A stretch of 63,948 nt of DNA, counting the filler, from Lama guanicoe (lineage: Eukaryota), in assembly GCA_013239625.1 (NCBI GenBank). It is 80 parts of 78 records of this genome, joined end to end, with 100 filler letters (N's around TTAATTAATTAA, not from the genome) between each part and the next. Parts side by side here need not be neighbours in the genome. Positions count along the whole stretch, not along the records: positions 53,030 to 54,173 come from MU056500.1; positions 54,274 to 54,730 come from PNXV01021207.1; positions 54,831 to 55,614 come from MU056503.1; positions 55,715 to 56,472 come from MU056504.1; positions 56,573 to 57,391 come from PNXV01021215.1; positions 57,492 to 58,005 come from MU056505.1; positions 58,106 to 58,887 come from MU056506.1; positions 58,988 to 59,577 come from MU056507.1; 72 more parts are not named here. The stretch is one strand, 5' to 3'. Position numbers and translations under genes: made by a program. Positions 53,030 through 63,948 of the stretch are shown here, in pieces (the first letter of the stretch is position 1; every line of letters begins with the position of its first letter). The notes under the pieces are model-generated. The model was not told the DNA's origin. It made no database searches and saw only the letters and a program-made list of their open reading frames with translations.

Positions 53030-54173
53030 CCTCTCCACATGCTCAATTTTGAGAGGTAAGCGTGTGTGAAAGCCGTCCCTCACATAGCTTCTTGGGAACA
53101 CAAAGTTTCTCTTCAGTTGCAAAGACCACTCCATACATATATATGGGGAGGTACAAGCTCCAACTCGGTTTTACAGTGAAAACTGCAGGAACTTCCTACC
53201 AGCACTAGGAAACAGACTGAGAAACCAGAGTAAGTGTTTCTCCTGCAACTTGTTTCCTTTGTGCTAGATGAACGAACGTCTCTNNNNNNNNNNNNNNNNN
53301 NNNNNNNNNNNNNNNNNNNNNNNNNNNNNNNNNNNNNNNNNNNNNNNNNNNNNNNNNNNNNNNNNNNNNNNNNNNNNNNNNNNNNNNNNNNNNNNNNNNN
53401 NNNNNNNNNNNNNNNNNNNNNNNNNNNNNNNNNNNNNNNNNNNNNNNNNNNNNNNNNNNNNNNNNNNNNNNNNNNNNNNNNNNNNNNNNNNNNNNNNNNN
53501 NNNNNNNNNNNNNNNNNNNNNNNNNNNNNNNNNNNNNNNNNNNNNNNNNNNNNNNNNNNNNNNNNNNNNNNNNNNNNNNNNNNNNNNNNNNNNNNNNNNN
53601 NCAGACTCCACTCCATACATATATATGTGGAGGTTCAAGCTCCAACTCGGTTTTACAGTGAAAACTGCAGGAACTTCAAACCGGCACTAGGAAACAGACT
53701 GAGAAACCACAGTAAGTGTTTCTCGTGCAAACTTTTCCCTTTGTGCTAGATGAACGAAGGTCTCTCCACATGCTCAGTTTTGAGAGTTAAGTGTGTGTGA
53801 AAGCCGTCCTTCACCTAGCTTGTAGGGAACACAAAGTTTCTCTTCAGTGGCAGACTCCACTCCATACATATATATGGGGAGGTATGAGCTCCAACTCGGT
53901 TTTACAGTGAAAACGGCAGGAACTTCAACTCGGCACTAGGAAACAGACTGAGAATCCAGAGTAAGTGTTTCTCCTGCAACCTGTTCCCTTTGTGCTAGAT
54001 GAACGAACGTCTCTCCACATGCTCAGTTCTGAGAGATAAGTGTGTGTGAAAGCCGTCCTTCATCTAGCTTGTAGTGAACACAAAGTTTCTCTTCAGTGGC
54101 AGACTCCACTCCATACATATATACGGGGAGGTACAAGCTCCACTCGGATTTACAGTGAAAACTGCAGGAACTT
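53030..54173 (+). repeat. ~249-bp satellite (family B)
   Basis: TGAACGAA at 53751 and 54000 (period 249). Confidence 0.95.
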
Positions 54174-54830
54174 NNNNNNNNNNNNNNNNNNNNNNNNNNN
54201 NNNNNNNNNNNNNNNNNTTAATTAATTAANNNNNNNNNNNNNNNNNNNNNNNNNNNNNNNNNNNNNNNNNNNNACATACTGATTTATCAGAACTGTTAAA
54301 AAACTGATTTTTCTTTGGTCCTCGTTTTTTGGGCACCCTATTGATTTCTTTTGTCTGTTAAAGAGGGAAATTCTTCCTCTAGCCTTAAGATCATTAAGTG
54401 AATGGTTAGCAGTGTGCCTTTAATATTATTTGAATGTATTGGGCATGTTTGTCCCGTGAATTTAGAATTGACTCATTGTAATGACTTTGCTTTGGTTCTG
54501 TGACTTTTATTCTGTGACTTTTGCTCCTCTCCAAAAGAATTTGAATTCTCTGTTGCATTTTGTATACGTGTTCTTCACAGGGGAAGAAATTTTGCATTTT
54601 TACAGAGGTGGGTTTTCCTACCCCTCTGAATGCCTTCTGTAATTTATACAATAAATGTCTGTTATTGCAGTGCTTAATTAATTCATAAACTATTTTTTGG
54701 CATAATCAGAAACAATGACAAAGAATTATANNNNNNNNNNNNNNNNNNNNNNNNNNNNNNNNNNNNNNNNNNNNTTAATTAATTAANNNNNNNNNNNNNN
54801 NNNNNNNNNNNNNNNNNNNNNNNNNNNNNN

Positions 54831-55614
54831 CTTTAAACTGCAATCCACAACCTGTGATTACCTGTGCCCCTTGCAAGATTTGTAGGTCTGTTTCCCTAAC
54901 TCCAGCACACACACGAAGAACTCTTCGGCTATCCTAAGTGGGGGTGTGCTCCTCAAACTGACGGCAGCACGTGGGATCTAATGGAATCTTTTGGATTGAC
55001 ATCCCTGATTGTTTCCTTTGGCCGCGATGTGAGTTAAGGTGGGGTTGGGCACTAAACCAAAGTAATAGCGAGTGCCTCTCTATAGGCTGTGGAGGTGTTC
55101 AAAATACATCCCCAAACTTGGAACANNNNNNNNNNNNNNNNNNNNNNNNNNNNNNNNNNNNNNNNNNNNNNNNNNNNNNNNNNNNNNNNNNNNNNNNNNN
55201 NNNNNNNNNNNNNNNNNNNNNNNNNNNNNNNNNNNNNNNNNNNNNNNNNNNNNNNNNNNNNNNNNNNNNNNNNNNNNNNNNNNNNNNNNNNNNNNNNNNN
55301 NNNNNNNNNNNNNNNNNNNNNNNNNNNNNNNNNNNNNNNNNNNNNNNNNNNNNNNNNNNNNNNNNNNTGAAGTGGTTTAACCTACAACCAAATATTTGGG
55401 AATACCTGTGCCCCCTGAAAGTTGCAAGGACACTGTTTCCCCACCTTCAGCACACACACGATGTGGTGTTCTGGTATCCTGAGTGTGGGGAGACTCCTCC
55501 AACTGACAGCAGCACCTGGGATCTAATATAATCCCTACGTTTGACATCCTTAAGTGTTTCCCTAGGCCGGGCTCTGAGCCTAGGTGGGGGTTGTGCTTTA
55601 AAGCCAAGTATTAG
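54831..55614 (-). repeat. Family C satellite
   Basis: CTGAGTGTGGGGAGACTCCTCCAACTGACAGCAGCACCTGGG is the reverse complement of the family C motif. Confidence 0.87.
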
Positions 55615-55714
55615 NNNNNNNNNNNNNNNNNNNNNNNNNNNNNNNNNNNNNNNNNNNNTTAATTAATTAANNNNNNNNNNNNNNNNNNNNNNNNNNNNNN
55701 NNNNNNNNNNNNNN

Positions 55715-56472
55715 AGGTTATCTTCCCTGAGTGTTTTCCAAGAACGGGATGGGAGCGAAGGTGAGGGTTGAGCTCTAAAGCCAAGTAATAGCGAATGCCT
55801 CTCTATGGGCAGTGGAGGTGTTTAAAGTACATTCCCTCCCTGGGAACACCTGTGCCCCCTTAAAGTAGCGTGGACTATGTATCTCCAACAACAGCACACA
55901 CACAGAGACTTGTTCAGGTATCCTGAGTGTGGGGAGTCTCCTCCAACTGACAGCAGTGCCTGGGTTCTAATAGAATCCCTTAGCTTGTCTTAACTGATGG
56001 CATGCCTAGACTGGAAAGTGGGGGAATGTGGGGGTTCGGTTTGAAGTCCAAGTAGCAACGAGTGCCCCCCTATTTACTGAGGAATTACTTAGAGTATTTC
56101 ACGCTATTATGGAACACCTGTGCCCCCATTCAACTGTGTGGACTGGGTATACACATCTCCCCCACACACAAGGCTGGGATCCGGAATCCTGAGTGCGTGG
56201 AAGATNNNNNNNNNNNNNNNNNNNNNNNNNNNNNNNNNNNNNNNNNNNNNNNNNNNNNNNNNNNNNNNNNNNNNNNNNNNNNNNNNNNNNNNNNNNNNNN
56301 NNNNNNNNNNNNNNNNNNNNNNNNNNNNNNNNNNNNNNNNNNNNNNNNNNNNNNNNNNNNNNNNNNNNNNNNNNNNNNNNNNNNNNNNNNNNNNNNNNNN
56401 NNNNNNNNNNNNNNNTCACACAAACGGAGACGTGCTCAGGTATCCTGATTGTGGGGATGCTCCTGCAAATGA
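55715..56472 (-). repeat. Family C satellite
   Basis: Same motif; 56416-56472 matches the reverse complement of 40030-40086. Confidence 0.87.
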
Positions 56473-56572
56473 NNNNNNNNNNNNNNNNNNNNNNNNNNNN
56501 NNNNNNNNNNNNNNNNTTAATTAATTAANNNNNNNNNNNNNNNNNNNNNNNNNNNNNNNNNNNNNNNNNNNN

Positions 56573-57391
56573 TGCCAGGGAAAGCTAAGGGTTTTTGCTT
56601 AAAGACCAGTGACAGCGGCTAATTCCCAAGGTCAGGGAAGCTATTTATGAAAATTTCCCCAAAGAGGGAACACCTGTGACTGAATTTAGCTGCGTGGAGT
56701 TGTCTCTCGAGCTCCCCCACGTTCAGAGAAAGGACCCAGAATACTGAGCGACAAGAGGTTCCACCCACGGTCGTCAGCACGTAGGTAATATCTGAATCCC
56801 TTACATGGCATTTCCTGAGTGTTTTACAGAATCTGGCTGCTAGGGAGATAAAGGATTTGCTGGAATCCCCAGTGGAAGCGGCTGTCTCCCCAAGGTCAGG
56901 GAAGGAATTTATCAGATTTCCCCTAAGAGGGAACACCTGTGAATGAAGGTAGCTGGGTAGAGTTGTCTCTCTAGCTCCCCCATGCACACAGAATCATTCC
57001 GGAATCCTGAGTTTGGGGAGGTTCCGCCAAAGTTCGGTAGCACGAGGGCTGTAATGGAATACTTTAGCTAGTCTCTCCTGAGTGTTTTCCTGTGTCTGGC
57101 TGCCAGGGAATGCTAGGGGATTTTGCTGGAATTCTCAGTGGCATCGGCTGACTCATCAAGATTAGGGTAGTTATTTATCTGAATTCCGCCTAATAGGGAA
57201 CACATAACAGGGAACACCTGTGACTGAAGAAAGCTGCGAGGAGTTTTCTCTCTCTCTCCCCCACGCACAGAGAATGATTCCAGAATCCTGAGTTTAGGGA
57301 AGTTCCACCGACTGTCGGCAGCGCGTTGGTTCAAACTGAATTCATTAGCTCGTTTGCCCTGAGTGTTTTCCAAACTCTGGCCACTAGGGAA
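56573..57391 (-). repeat. Diverged ~267-bp satellite (family A)
   Basis: CACCTGTGA at 56671, 56934 and 57215 (263; 281 including a 14-bp duplication). Confidence 0.88.
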
Positions 57392-57491
57392 NNNNNNNNN
57401 NNNNNNNNNNNNNNNNNNNNNNNNNNNNNNNNNNNTTAATTAATTAANNNNNNNNNNNNNNNNNNNNNNNNNNNNNNNNNNNNNNNNNNNN

Positions 57492-58005
57492 ACCTCACAC
57501 CAGTCAGAATGGCCATCATTCAAAAGTCCATGAATGACAACTGCTGGGGAGGCTGTGGAGAAAAGGGAACCCTCCTACACTGCTGGCAGGAATGCAGTTT
57601 GGTGCAGCCACTGTGGACAACAGTATGGAGATTCCATATGACCCAGGAATCCCGCTCCTGGGCATATATCCAGAAGGAACCCTATTTNNNNNNNNNNNNN
57701 NNNNNNNNNNNNNNNNNNNNNNNNNNNNNNNNNNNNNNNNNNNNNNNNNNNNNNNNNNNNNNNNNNNNNNNNNNNNNNNNNNNNNNNNNNNNNNNNNNNN
57801 NNNNNNNNNNNNNNNNNNNNNNNNNNNNNNNNNNNNNNNNNNNNNNNNNNNNNNNNNNNNNNNNNNNNNNNNNNNNNNNNNNNNNNNNNNNNNNNNNNNN
57901 NNNNNNNNNNNNNNNNNNNNNNNNNNNNNNNNTCGCTCGTATGCAGAATCTAAAACAAACAAACAAACAAACAAACAAAGCATAAATACGAAACAGAAAT
58001 AGACT
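57492..58005 (+). mobile_element. LINE-1 ORF2 C-terminal / 3'UTR fragment
   Basis: [19 protein letters not shown] and [12 protein letters not shown]. Confidence 0.92.
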
Positions 58006-58178
58006 NNNNNNNNNNNNNNNNNNNNNNNNNNNNNNNNNNNNNNNNNNNNTTAATTAATTAANNNNNNNNNNNNNNNNNNNNNNNNNNNNNNNNNNNNNNN
58101 NNNNNGTTTAGACACCACCCACACCCCAGGCCTTTCTGTGTGCATCATGGGTAGAGACATATGCAAAAGGAGATGGGT

Positions 58179-58887
58179 GGGGGAGGAGCCAAGTTGGCAG
58201 AGTAGAGAGACCCCCCCAGCTTGCCATCTCCCACAAATACACCAAGAATTACATCTACAAGCTCCCTGAATCACACAGAACAACTAATGAACTCTGGTAG
58301 AGTGTCTCTCATTTCAAAATACAAGAGAATTCTCAGAAAATCTGGTAAGAAATAAAAGAAAAANNNNNNNNNNNNNNNNNNNNNNNNNNNNNNNNNNNNN
58401 NNNNNNNNNNNNNNNNNNNNNNNNNNNNNNNNNNNNNNNNNNNNNNNNNNNNNNNNNNNNNNNNNNNNNNNNNNNNNNNNNNNNNNNNNNNNNNNNNNNN
58501 NNNNNNNACTGCGTGGCAGACAGAACTATGGGGAACTGATGCAGAGGGTCCCTGTGACCCCCAGCCCTAGATGCAAGCCAGCAGGGACAAGCCAGGACTG
58601 GCTTCAGGAGATCGGTGAGCAGCCCAGGCAGAGGGCTGGGCCCCAGCACAGAGGCCGCCTCAGGGGACTGGAGGGTGGTGTGACTTTGGGCTGGGGGTGT
58701 GTGTGGGACAGAACAACCTGGGACCCTCATAAAAAAGCACCACCTCTGGTGTGAGTGAGGGGAGGGGCACGATGCAGCCATGTCACAGCCGCTTTCTCTG
58801 CTTCACTCCATTGTTACTGCATCCTCATGAGAAGAGAGGTCGGGCTTGGTCATAGCCATCACTGCTGTGGGGAGGCAGGGCTGAAGC
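58179..58887 (+). mobile_element. LINE-1 5' terminus and 5'UTR
   Basis: GGGGGAGGAGCCAAGTTGGCAGAGTAG, a variant of the L1 start containing the CAAGATGGC YY1 motif. Confidence 0.65.
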
Positions 58888-59039
58888 NNNNNNNNNNNNN
58901 NNNNNNNNNNNNNNNNNNNNNNNNNNNNNNNTTAATTAATTAANNNNNNNNNNNNNNNNNNNNNNNNNNNNNNNNNNNNNNNNNNNNGTGTGTGTATATA
59001 TATACATAAATATAGATGAATCTGTAGTTAAGCTGTGTA

Positions 59040-59577
59040 GATATATATAGTATAAACACACATCTTATTTATTCATCATCTATTGATGTGCAATTAATTT
59101 GCTTCGATATCCTGTCTATTGTGAATAAAGCTGCAATGAATATATGGTTGAATATATCTTTTCTAATTAGTGCTTTTATTTTCTTGAAATATGTATCCAG
59201 TTATGGAAATGTTGGATAATATTTCATTTTTAATTTTTAGATAAAGCTCCATGTTGTCTTCCACAGTGNNNNNNNNNNNNNNNNNNNNNNNNNNNNNNNN
59301 NNNNNNNNNNNNNNNNNNNNNNNNNNNNNNNNNNNNNNNNNNNNNNNNNNNNNNNNNNNNNNNNNGAGTGACATAAAATCTCACTGTGTTTTGGACTTGC
59401 ATTTTTCTGATGTTTAGTGATGTTGATGGGGTTCATATGCTTGTTGGTTACATTTACCCCACTGTAAATTCATGTTTTGTAATGGGCTAAATGACCATAA
59501 CAGTCTGATTTCATTTTCATGCATTCTTTGTTTTCCATTATTCTGTTTGTTCTGTGCACTACCATATTCTTTTCATT
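59040..59577 (-). mobile_element. Degraded LINE-1 ORF2 3' fragment
   Basis: CTATTGTGAATAAAGCTGCAATGAA and TTGCATTTTTCTGATG antisense L1 motifs. Confidence 0.8.
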
Positions 59578-59677
59578 NNNNNNNNNNNNNNNNNNNNNNN
59601 NNNNNNNNNNNNNNNNNNNNNTTAATTAATTAANNNNNNNNNNNNNNNNNNNNNNNNNNNNNNNNNNNNNNNNNNNN

Positions 59678-60791
59678 AATACAGAAAGCTGAATATAGTA
59701 TTTAGAATATAGAAAGCAGAACACAGTATATAGAATATAGAATATAGATTATACAACCCAGAAAATAGAACATGGAATGCAGAACACATAATTAGGAATA
59801 TTGCATACGGAATACTGTATATAGAATTTAGAATATAGAATGTAGAACACAGAATATTGAATATACAATACGGAATGCCGAATATAGAAAACAGAATATA
59901 GAATATAGAATACGGAATACAGAATATATAATACAGAATATAGAATGTAGAAAACAGAATACAGAATATGGAAAACAGAATACAGAACCCAGAATTTAGA
60001 ACATGGAATGCAGAACACAGAATATAGAAAATAGAATACGGAATACAGAATATATAATACAGAATATAGAATGTAGAAAACAGAATACAGAATATGGAAA
60101 ACAGAATACAGAACCCAGAATTTAGAACATGGAATGCAGAACACAGAATTTCGTATATAGAACAAAGAATACTGAATATAGAATTTAGAATATAGAATGT
60201 AGAGCACAGGATATAGAATATTGAATAAAGAATATTGAACCCAGAATTTTCAACATGGAATGCAGAACACAGAATTTAGAATATAGAATACAGAATACTG
60301 AATATAGAATNNNNNNNNNNNNNNNNNNNNNNNNNNNNNNNNNNNNNNNNNNNNNNNNNNNNNNNNNNNNNNNNNNNNNNNNNNNNNNNNNNNNNNNNNN
60401 NNNNNNNNNNNNNNNNNNNNNNNNNNNNNNNNNNNNNNNNNNNNNNNNNNNNNNNNNNNNNNNNNNNNNNNNNNNNNNNNNNNNNNNNNNNNNNNNNNNN
60501 NNNNNNNNNNNNNNNNNNNNNNNNNNNNNNNNNNNNNNNNNNNNNNNNNNNNNNNNNNNNNNNNNNNNNNNNNNNNNNNNNNNNNNNNNNNNNNNNNNNN
60601 NNNNNNNNNAGAATACACAACCCAGAATTTAGAACATGCAATGCAGAACACAGAATTTAGAATATAGAATACAGAATACTGAATATAGAAATTAGAATAT
60701 AGAAGGTATAACACAGAATATAGAAAATAGAATACGTAATATAGAATATAGATTGTAGTATATCGAATTAAATACACAAAATTTAGAATAT
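59678..60791 (+). repeat. 7-bp GAATATA-type satellite
   Basis: CATGGAATGC spaced 231, 126 and 126 bp. Confidence 0.95.
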
Positions 60792-60891
60792 NNNNNNNNN
60801 NNNNNNNNNNNNNNNNNNNNNNNNNNNNNNNNNNNTTAATTAATTAANNNNNNNNNNNNNNNNNNNNNNNNNNNNNNNNNNNNNNNNNNNN

Positions 60892-61894
60892 TTTTGGCAT
60901 TGCTGGATTTAGTTTTCTAATAATATTTTGTAGAATTTTTGCATCAAAGTCTGTCAAATTTATTGGCTTGAAGTTCCCTTTGCCTGTAGTTTGTTTGTTG
61001 GCTTTGCTATCAGGGTGATAAATTCTTCATAGGATTAATTTGGGAGTTTCCCACATCTTCACTATTTTTGAATAATTTGAAGAGTATAAGTTATGCTTTG
61101 TATTTTTGTTCTCCACACAATTTGTTTAAATCTGCACTTCTATTTAANNNNNNNNNNNNNNNNNNNNNNNNNNNNNNNNNNNNNNNNNNNNNNNNNNNNN
61201 NNNNNNNNNNNNNNNNNNNNNNNNNNNNNNNNNNNNNNNNNNNNNNNNNNNNNNNNNNNNNNNNNNNNNNNNNNNNNNNNNNNNNNNNNNNNNNNNNNNN
61301 NNNNNNNNNNNNNNNNNNNNNNNNNNNNNNNNNNNNNNNNNNNNNNNNNNNNNNNNNNNNNNNNNNNNNNNNNNNNNNNNNNNNNNNNNNNNNNNNNNNN
61401 NNNNNNNNNNNNNNNNNNNNNNNNNNNNNNNNNNNNNNNNNNNNNNNNNNNNNNTTTTTTATTTTGCTTATCTTAAAAAAAACAAAAATAATCTTTGGTT
61501 TTACTGCTCTTTTGCATAGTTTTCTTTTTGTCTCTAATGTATATTTACACCTGTAATATTTAGGATCATGTTTTTTAATTTTTTTAAATTTTCTTCATTG
61601 ATTTACTGTCATTTTACAAAATTGTCTCCAATCCCAGTGTAGAGCACAGTTTTGCAGTTACAATGAACAAAAATACATTTTTTGTCCCATTTGTTCCACT
61701 GTGGGCTTCCATAAGAACTTTTATATATTTCCCTGTGCTATACAGTACAATCCTGTTTATCTATTATAAAATTTAGACCTCCTAGTCTATCCCTTCCCAC
61801 ACCCAGCCCCCTTGGCTAACAAAAGCTTGTATTCTATGTCTGCGAGTCTATTTCTGTTCTGTATTTGTGCTTTTTTTGTTTTGTTTTGTTTGTT
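60892..61894 (-). mobile_element. LINE-1 fragments (ORF2 remnant plus a 3'UTR at ~61570-61894)
   Basis: TTTGCTATCAGGGTGAT (ORF2) and ATATTTCCCTGTGCTATACAGTA (artiodactyl L1 3'UTR). Confidence 0.8.
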
Positions 61895-61994
61895 NNNNNN
61901 NNNNNNNNNNNNNNNNNNNNNNNNNNNNNNNNNNNNNNTTAATTAATTAANNNNNNNNNNNNNNNNNNNNNNNNNNNNNNNNNNNNNNNNNNNN

Positions 61995-62454
61995 GCACAG
62001 GTGCTGCCCATAGGGCTCTGCCCTCAGTGTAATCAGGGATCAGTCTGGCTCAGAACATCAGCTCAGCACAGGGGATGCTGCAGAGTGCGAGGTCTCAGGG
62101 AATGAGACCTTGGTCCCCACCCTCACTCTCTTCTCCTCTCCTCTCCTCTCCTGCAGGTTACGTGGCCTCTTCTGCACTGACTCAGCCCTCCAGTCTGTGT
62201 CCTTAGGACAGACGGCCAAGATCACCTGTCAAGGAGGCAGCTTAGGAAGCTATTATGCTCACTGGCACCAGCAGAAGCCAGGCCAGGCCCCTGTGCTGGT
62301 CATCTACAGAGATAGCAACCGGCCCTCAGGGATCCCTGAGCGATTCTCTGGCTCCAGATCGGGGGGCACAGCCACCCTGACCATCAGCGGGATCCAGGCC
62401 GAGGACGAGGCCGACTATTACTGTCTGTCAGCAGACAGCAGTGATTATAATGCT
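61995..62454 (+). pseudogene. IGLV3: Immunoglobulin lambda V segment (IGLV3-like), frameshifted
   Basis: Leader exon end GCACAG|GT at 62000/62001; intron ends AG at 62156; SSALTQPS then a ~4-nt deletion giving TAG at 62204-62206; shifted frame reads [38 protein letters not shown]...EDEADYYC. Confidence 0.92.
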
Positions 62455-62493
62455 CACAGTGACACAGGCAGATGGGGAAGTGGGACATAAAAC
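62455..62493 (+). promoter_or_regulatory. V(D)J recombination signal sequence with 23-bp spacer
   Basis: CACAGTG (62455-62461) + 23 bp + ACATAAAAC (62485-62493). Confidence 0.9.
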
Positions 62494-63520
62494 ACCCTCC
62501 ATATCTGTCACCCTCTCCTCTAGTCCCTGGAGGCTTGTGGCCAAAGCAGTGACAGTTCTGGCCCGGTTCCCCCAGATCTGAGCTCCCAGACTGCCCTCCC
62601 CACCACCCTCCAGGCTGCTCTACACACGGTGGATCAGGGGTGGATTTCGGGCTGGCAGGATGTTACTGTCATGGTGTTTTTGTGCCTAAGTTATGTGTGG
62701 GGGGAGGAGGGCCTGGGTGGACTCAGACAGGGATGTCCAGCGACACAGGAGGACCCTGCATCACAAGGGAGCCTGAGCTCTCAGTGAAATGGATTTATGG
62801 TCATGTCTCTGGGTGGAAGAATTTCCCCTTCAGAACTAAGACNNNNNNNNNNNNNNNNNNNNNNNNNNNNNNNNNNNNNNNNNNNNTTAATTAATTAANN
62901 NNNNNNNNNNNNNNNNNNNNNNNNNNNNNNNNNNNNNNNNNNAAAGGAACAACAGTTCATCTAGACCCTAGGGTTTGGGCGGGAATTTCACCAAACACAG
63001 AACCTCTCAAAGCACAGAGCGCACAGTGAGAAGCTGACAGTGTGACTGCGACTTCTTCTCCTTAAGCACCAGCTACCTGCCAGCACACGCTGCACCCGTT
63101 ACTGAATCATTACAANNNNNNNNNNNNNNNNNNNNNNNNNNNNNNNNNNNNNNNNNNNNNNNNNNNNNNNNNNNNNNNNNNNNNNNNNNNNNNNNNNNNN
63201 NNNNNNNNNNNNNNNNNNNNNNNNNNNNNNNNNNNNNNNNNNNNNNNNNNNNNNNNNNNNNNNNNNNNNNNNNNNNCGTCAGGTCTACACGGGCCCAGAG
63301 CACGAGGCTGTGGGACAGGGAATGCTCCCAAATGAAGTGCCAGGCCAAGACCCTCAGGAAGCTATCTAATAAAACCAAATCCCCAAACTCATTTCCAACC
63401 CACTGCTCTGTCCGGGAGGANNNNNNNNNNNNNNNNNNNNNNNNNNNNNNNNNNNNNNNNNNNNTTAATTAATTAANNNNNNNNNNNNNNNNNNNNNNNN
63501 NNNNNNNNNNNNNNNNNNNN

Positions 63521-63948
63521 GAGGAACACAAAATTTAGAATATTGAATACAGAATATAGAACACAGAATTTAGAAACAGAATGCAGAACTGAGGATGTAG
63601 GATATAGAATACAGAACACTGAATATAAAATTTAGAATATAGAATGTAGTACACAGTATATCGAATAAAGAATAGAGAATATAGAATCCAGAATTTAGAG
63701 CATGGAATGCAGAACACAGAATTTAGAATATAGAATATATAACACTGAATATTGAATTTAGAACATTGAATAACACAGAATTTAGAATATAGAATACAGA
63801 ATACTGAATATAGAATGTAGAATATAGAATTGTATCTCAGAATGTAGAATATAGAATATAGGATACAAAATATAGAATTTAGAATATAGAATGCTGAACA
63901 CACAATATAGACTACAGAATATAGAACCCAGAATTTAGAACATGGAAC
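63521..63948 (+). repeat. 7-bp GAATATA-type satellite
   Basis: Heptamer array. Confidence 0.95.

Noticed and set aside
63021..63050. CACAGTG heptamer near the IGLV scaffold
   Set aside because: No nonamer at 12 or 23 bp, and it lies on a different scaffold.

Overview
This is not a contiguous locus. It is an artificial concatenation of about 80 short unplaced scaffolds (mostly 0.3-1.4 kb) from a mammalian genome, joined by a synthetic 100-bp linker (44 N + TTAATTAATTAA + 44 N). The species is most likely a camelid, judged from the tRNA-Ala-derived Vic-1-type SINEs and a camelid-style IGLV3 segment. Most scaffolds are satellite DNA or LINE-1 fragments. The satellites are a degenerate 7-bp GAATATA array, a ~267-bp family with a diverged sister family, and a ~249-bp family. 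There are three recognisable gene-derived pieces: the 5' coding start of HSFY (25916-26048), a frameshifted IGLV3 segment with a 23-bp RSS (61995-62493), and two diverged mitochondrial COX1 fragments (NUMTs). The most unusual observation is that the COX1 NUMT lies between (CCT)n tracts inside what appears to be a ~1.07-kb head-to-tail tandem repeat unit (32553-34159). Almost all ORFs in the supplied track are artefacts of N runs, satellites or low-complexity sequence. All family names come from recalled consensus sequences, not database searches.
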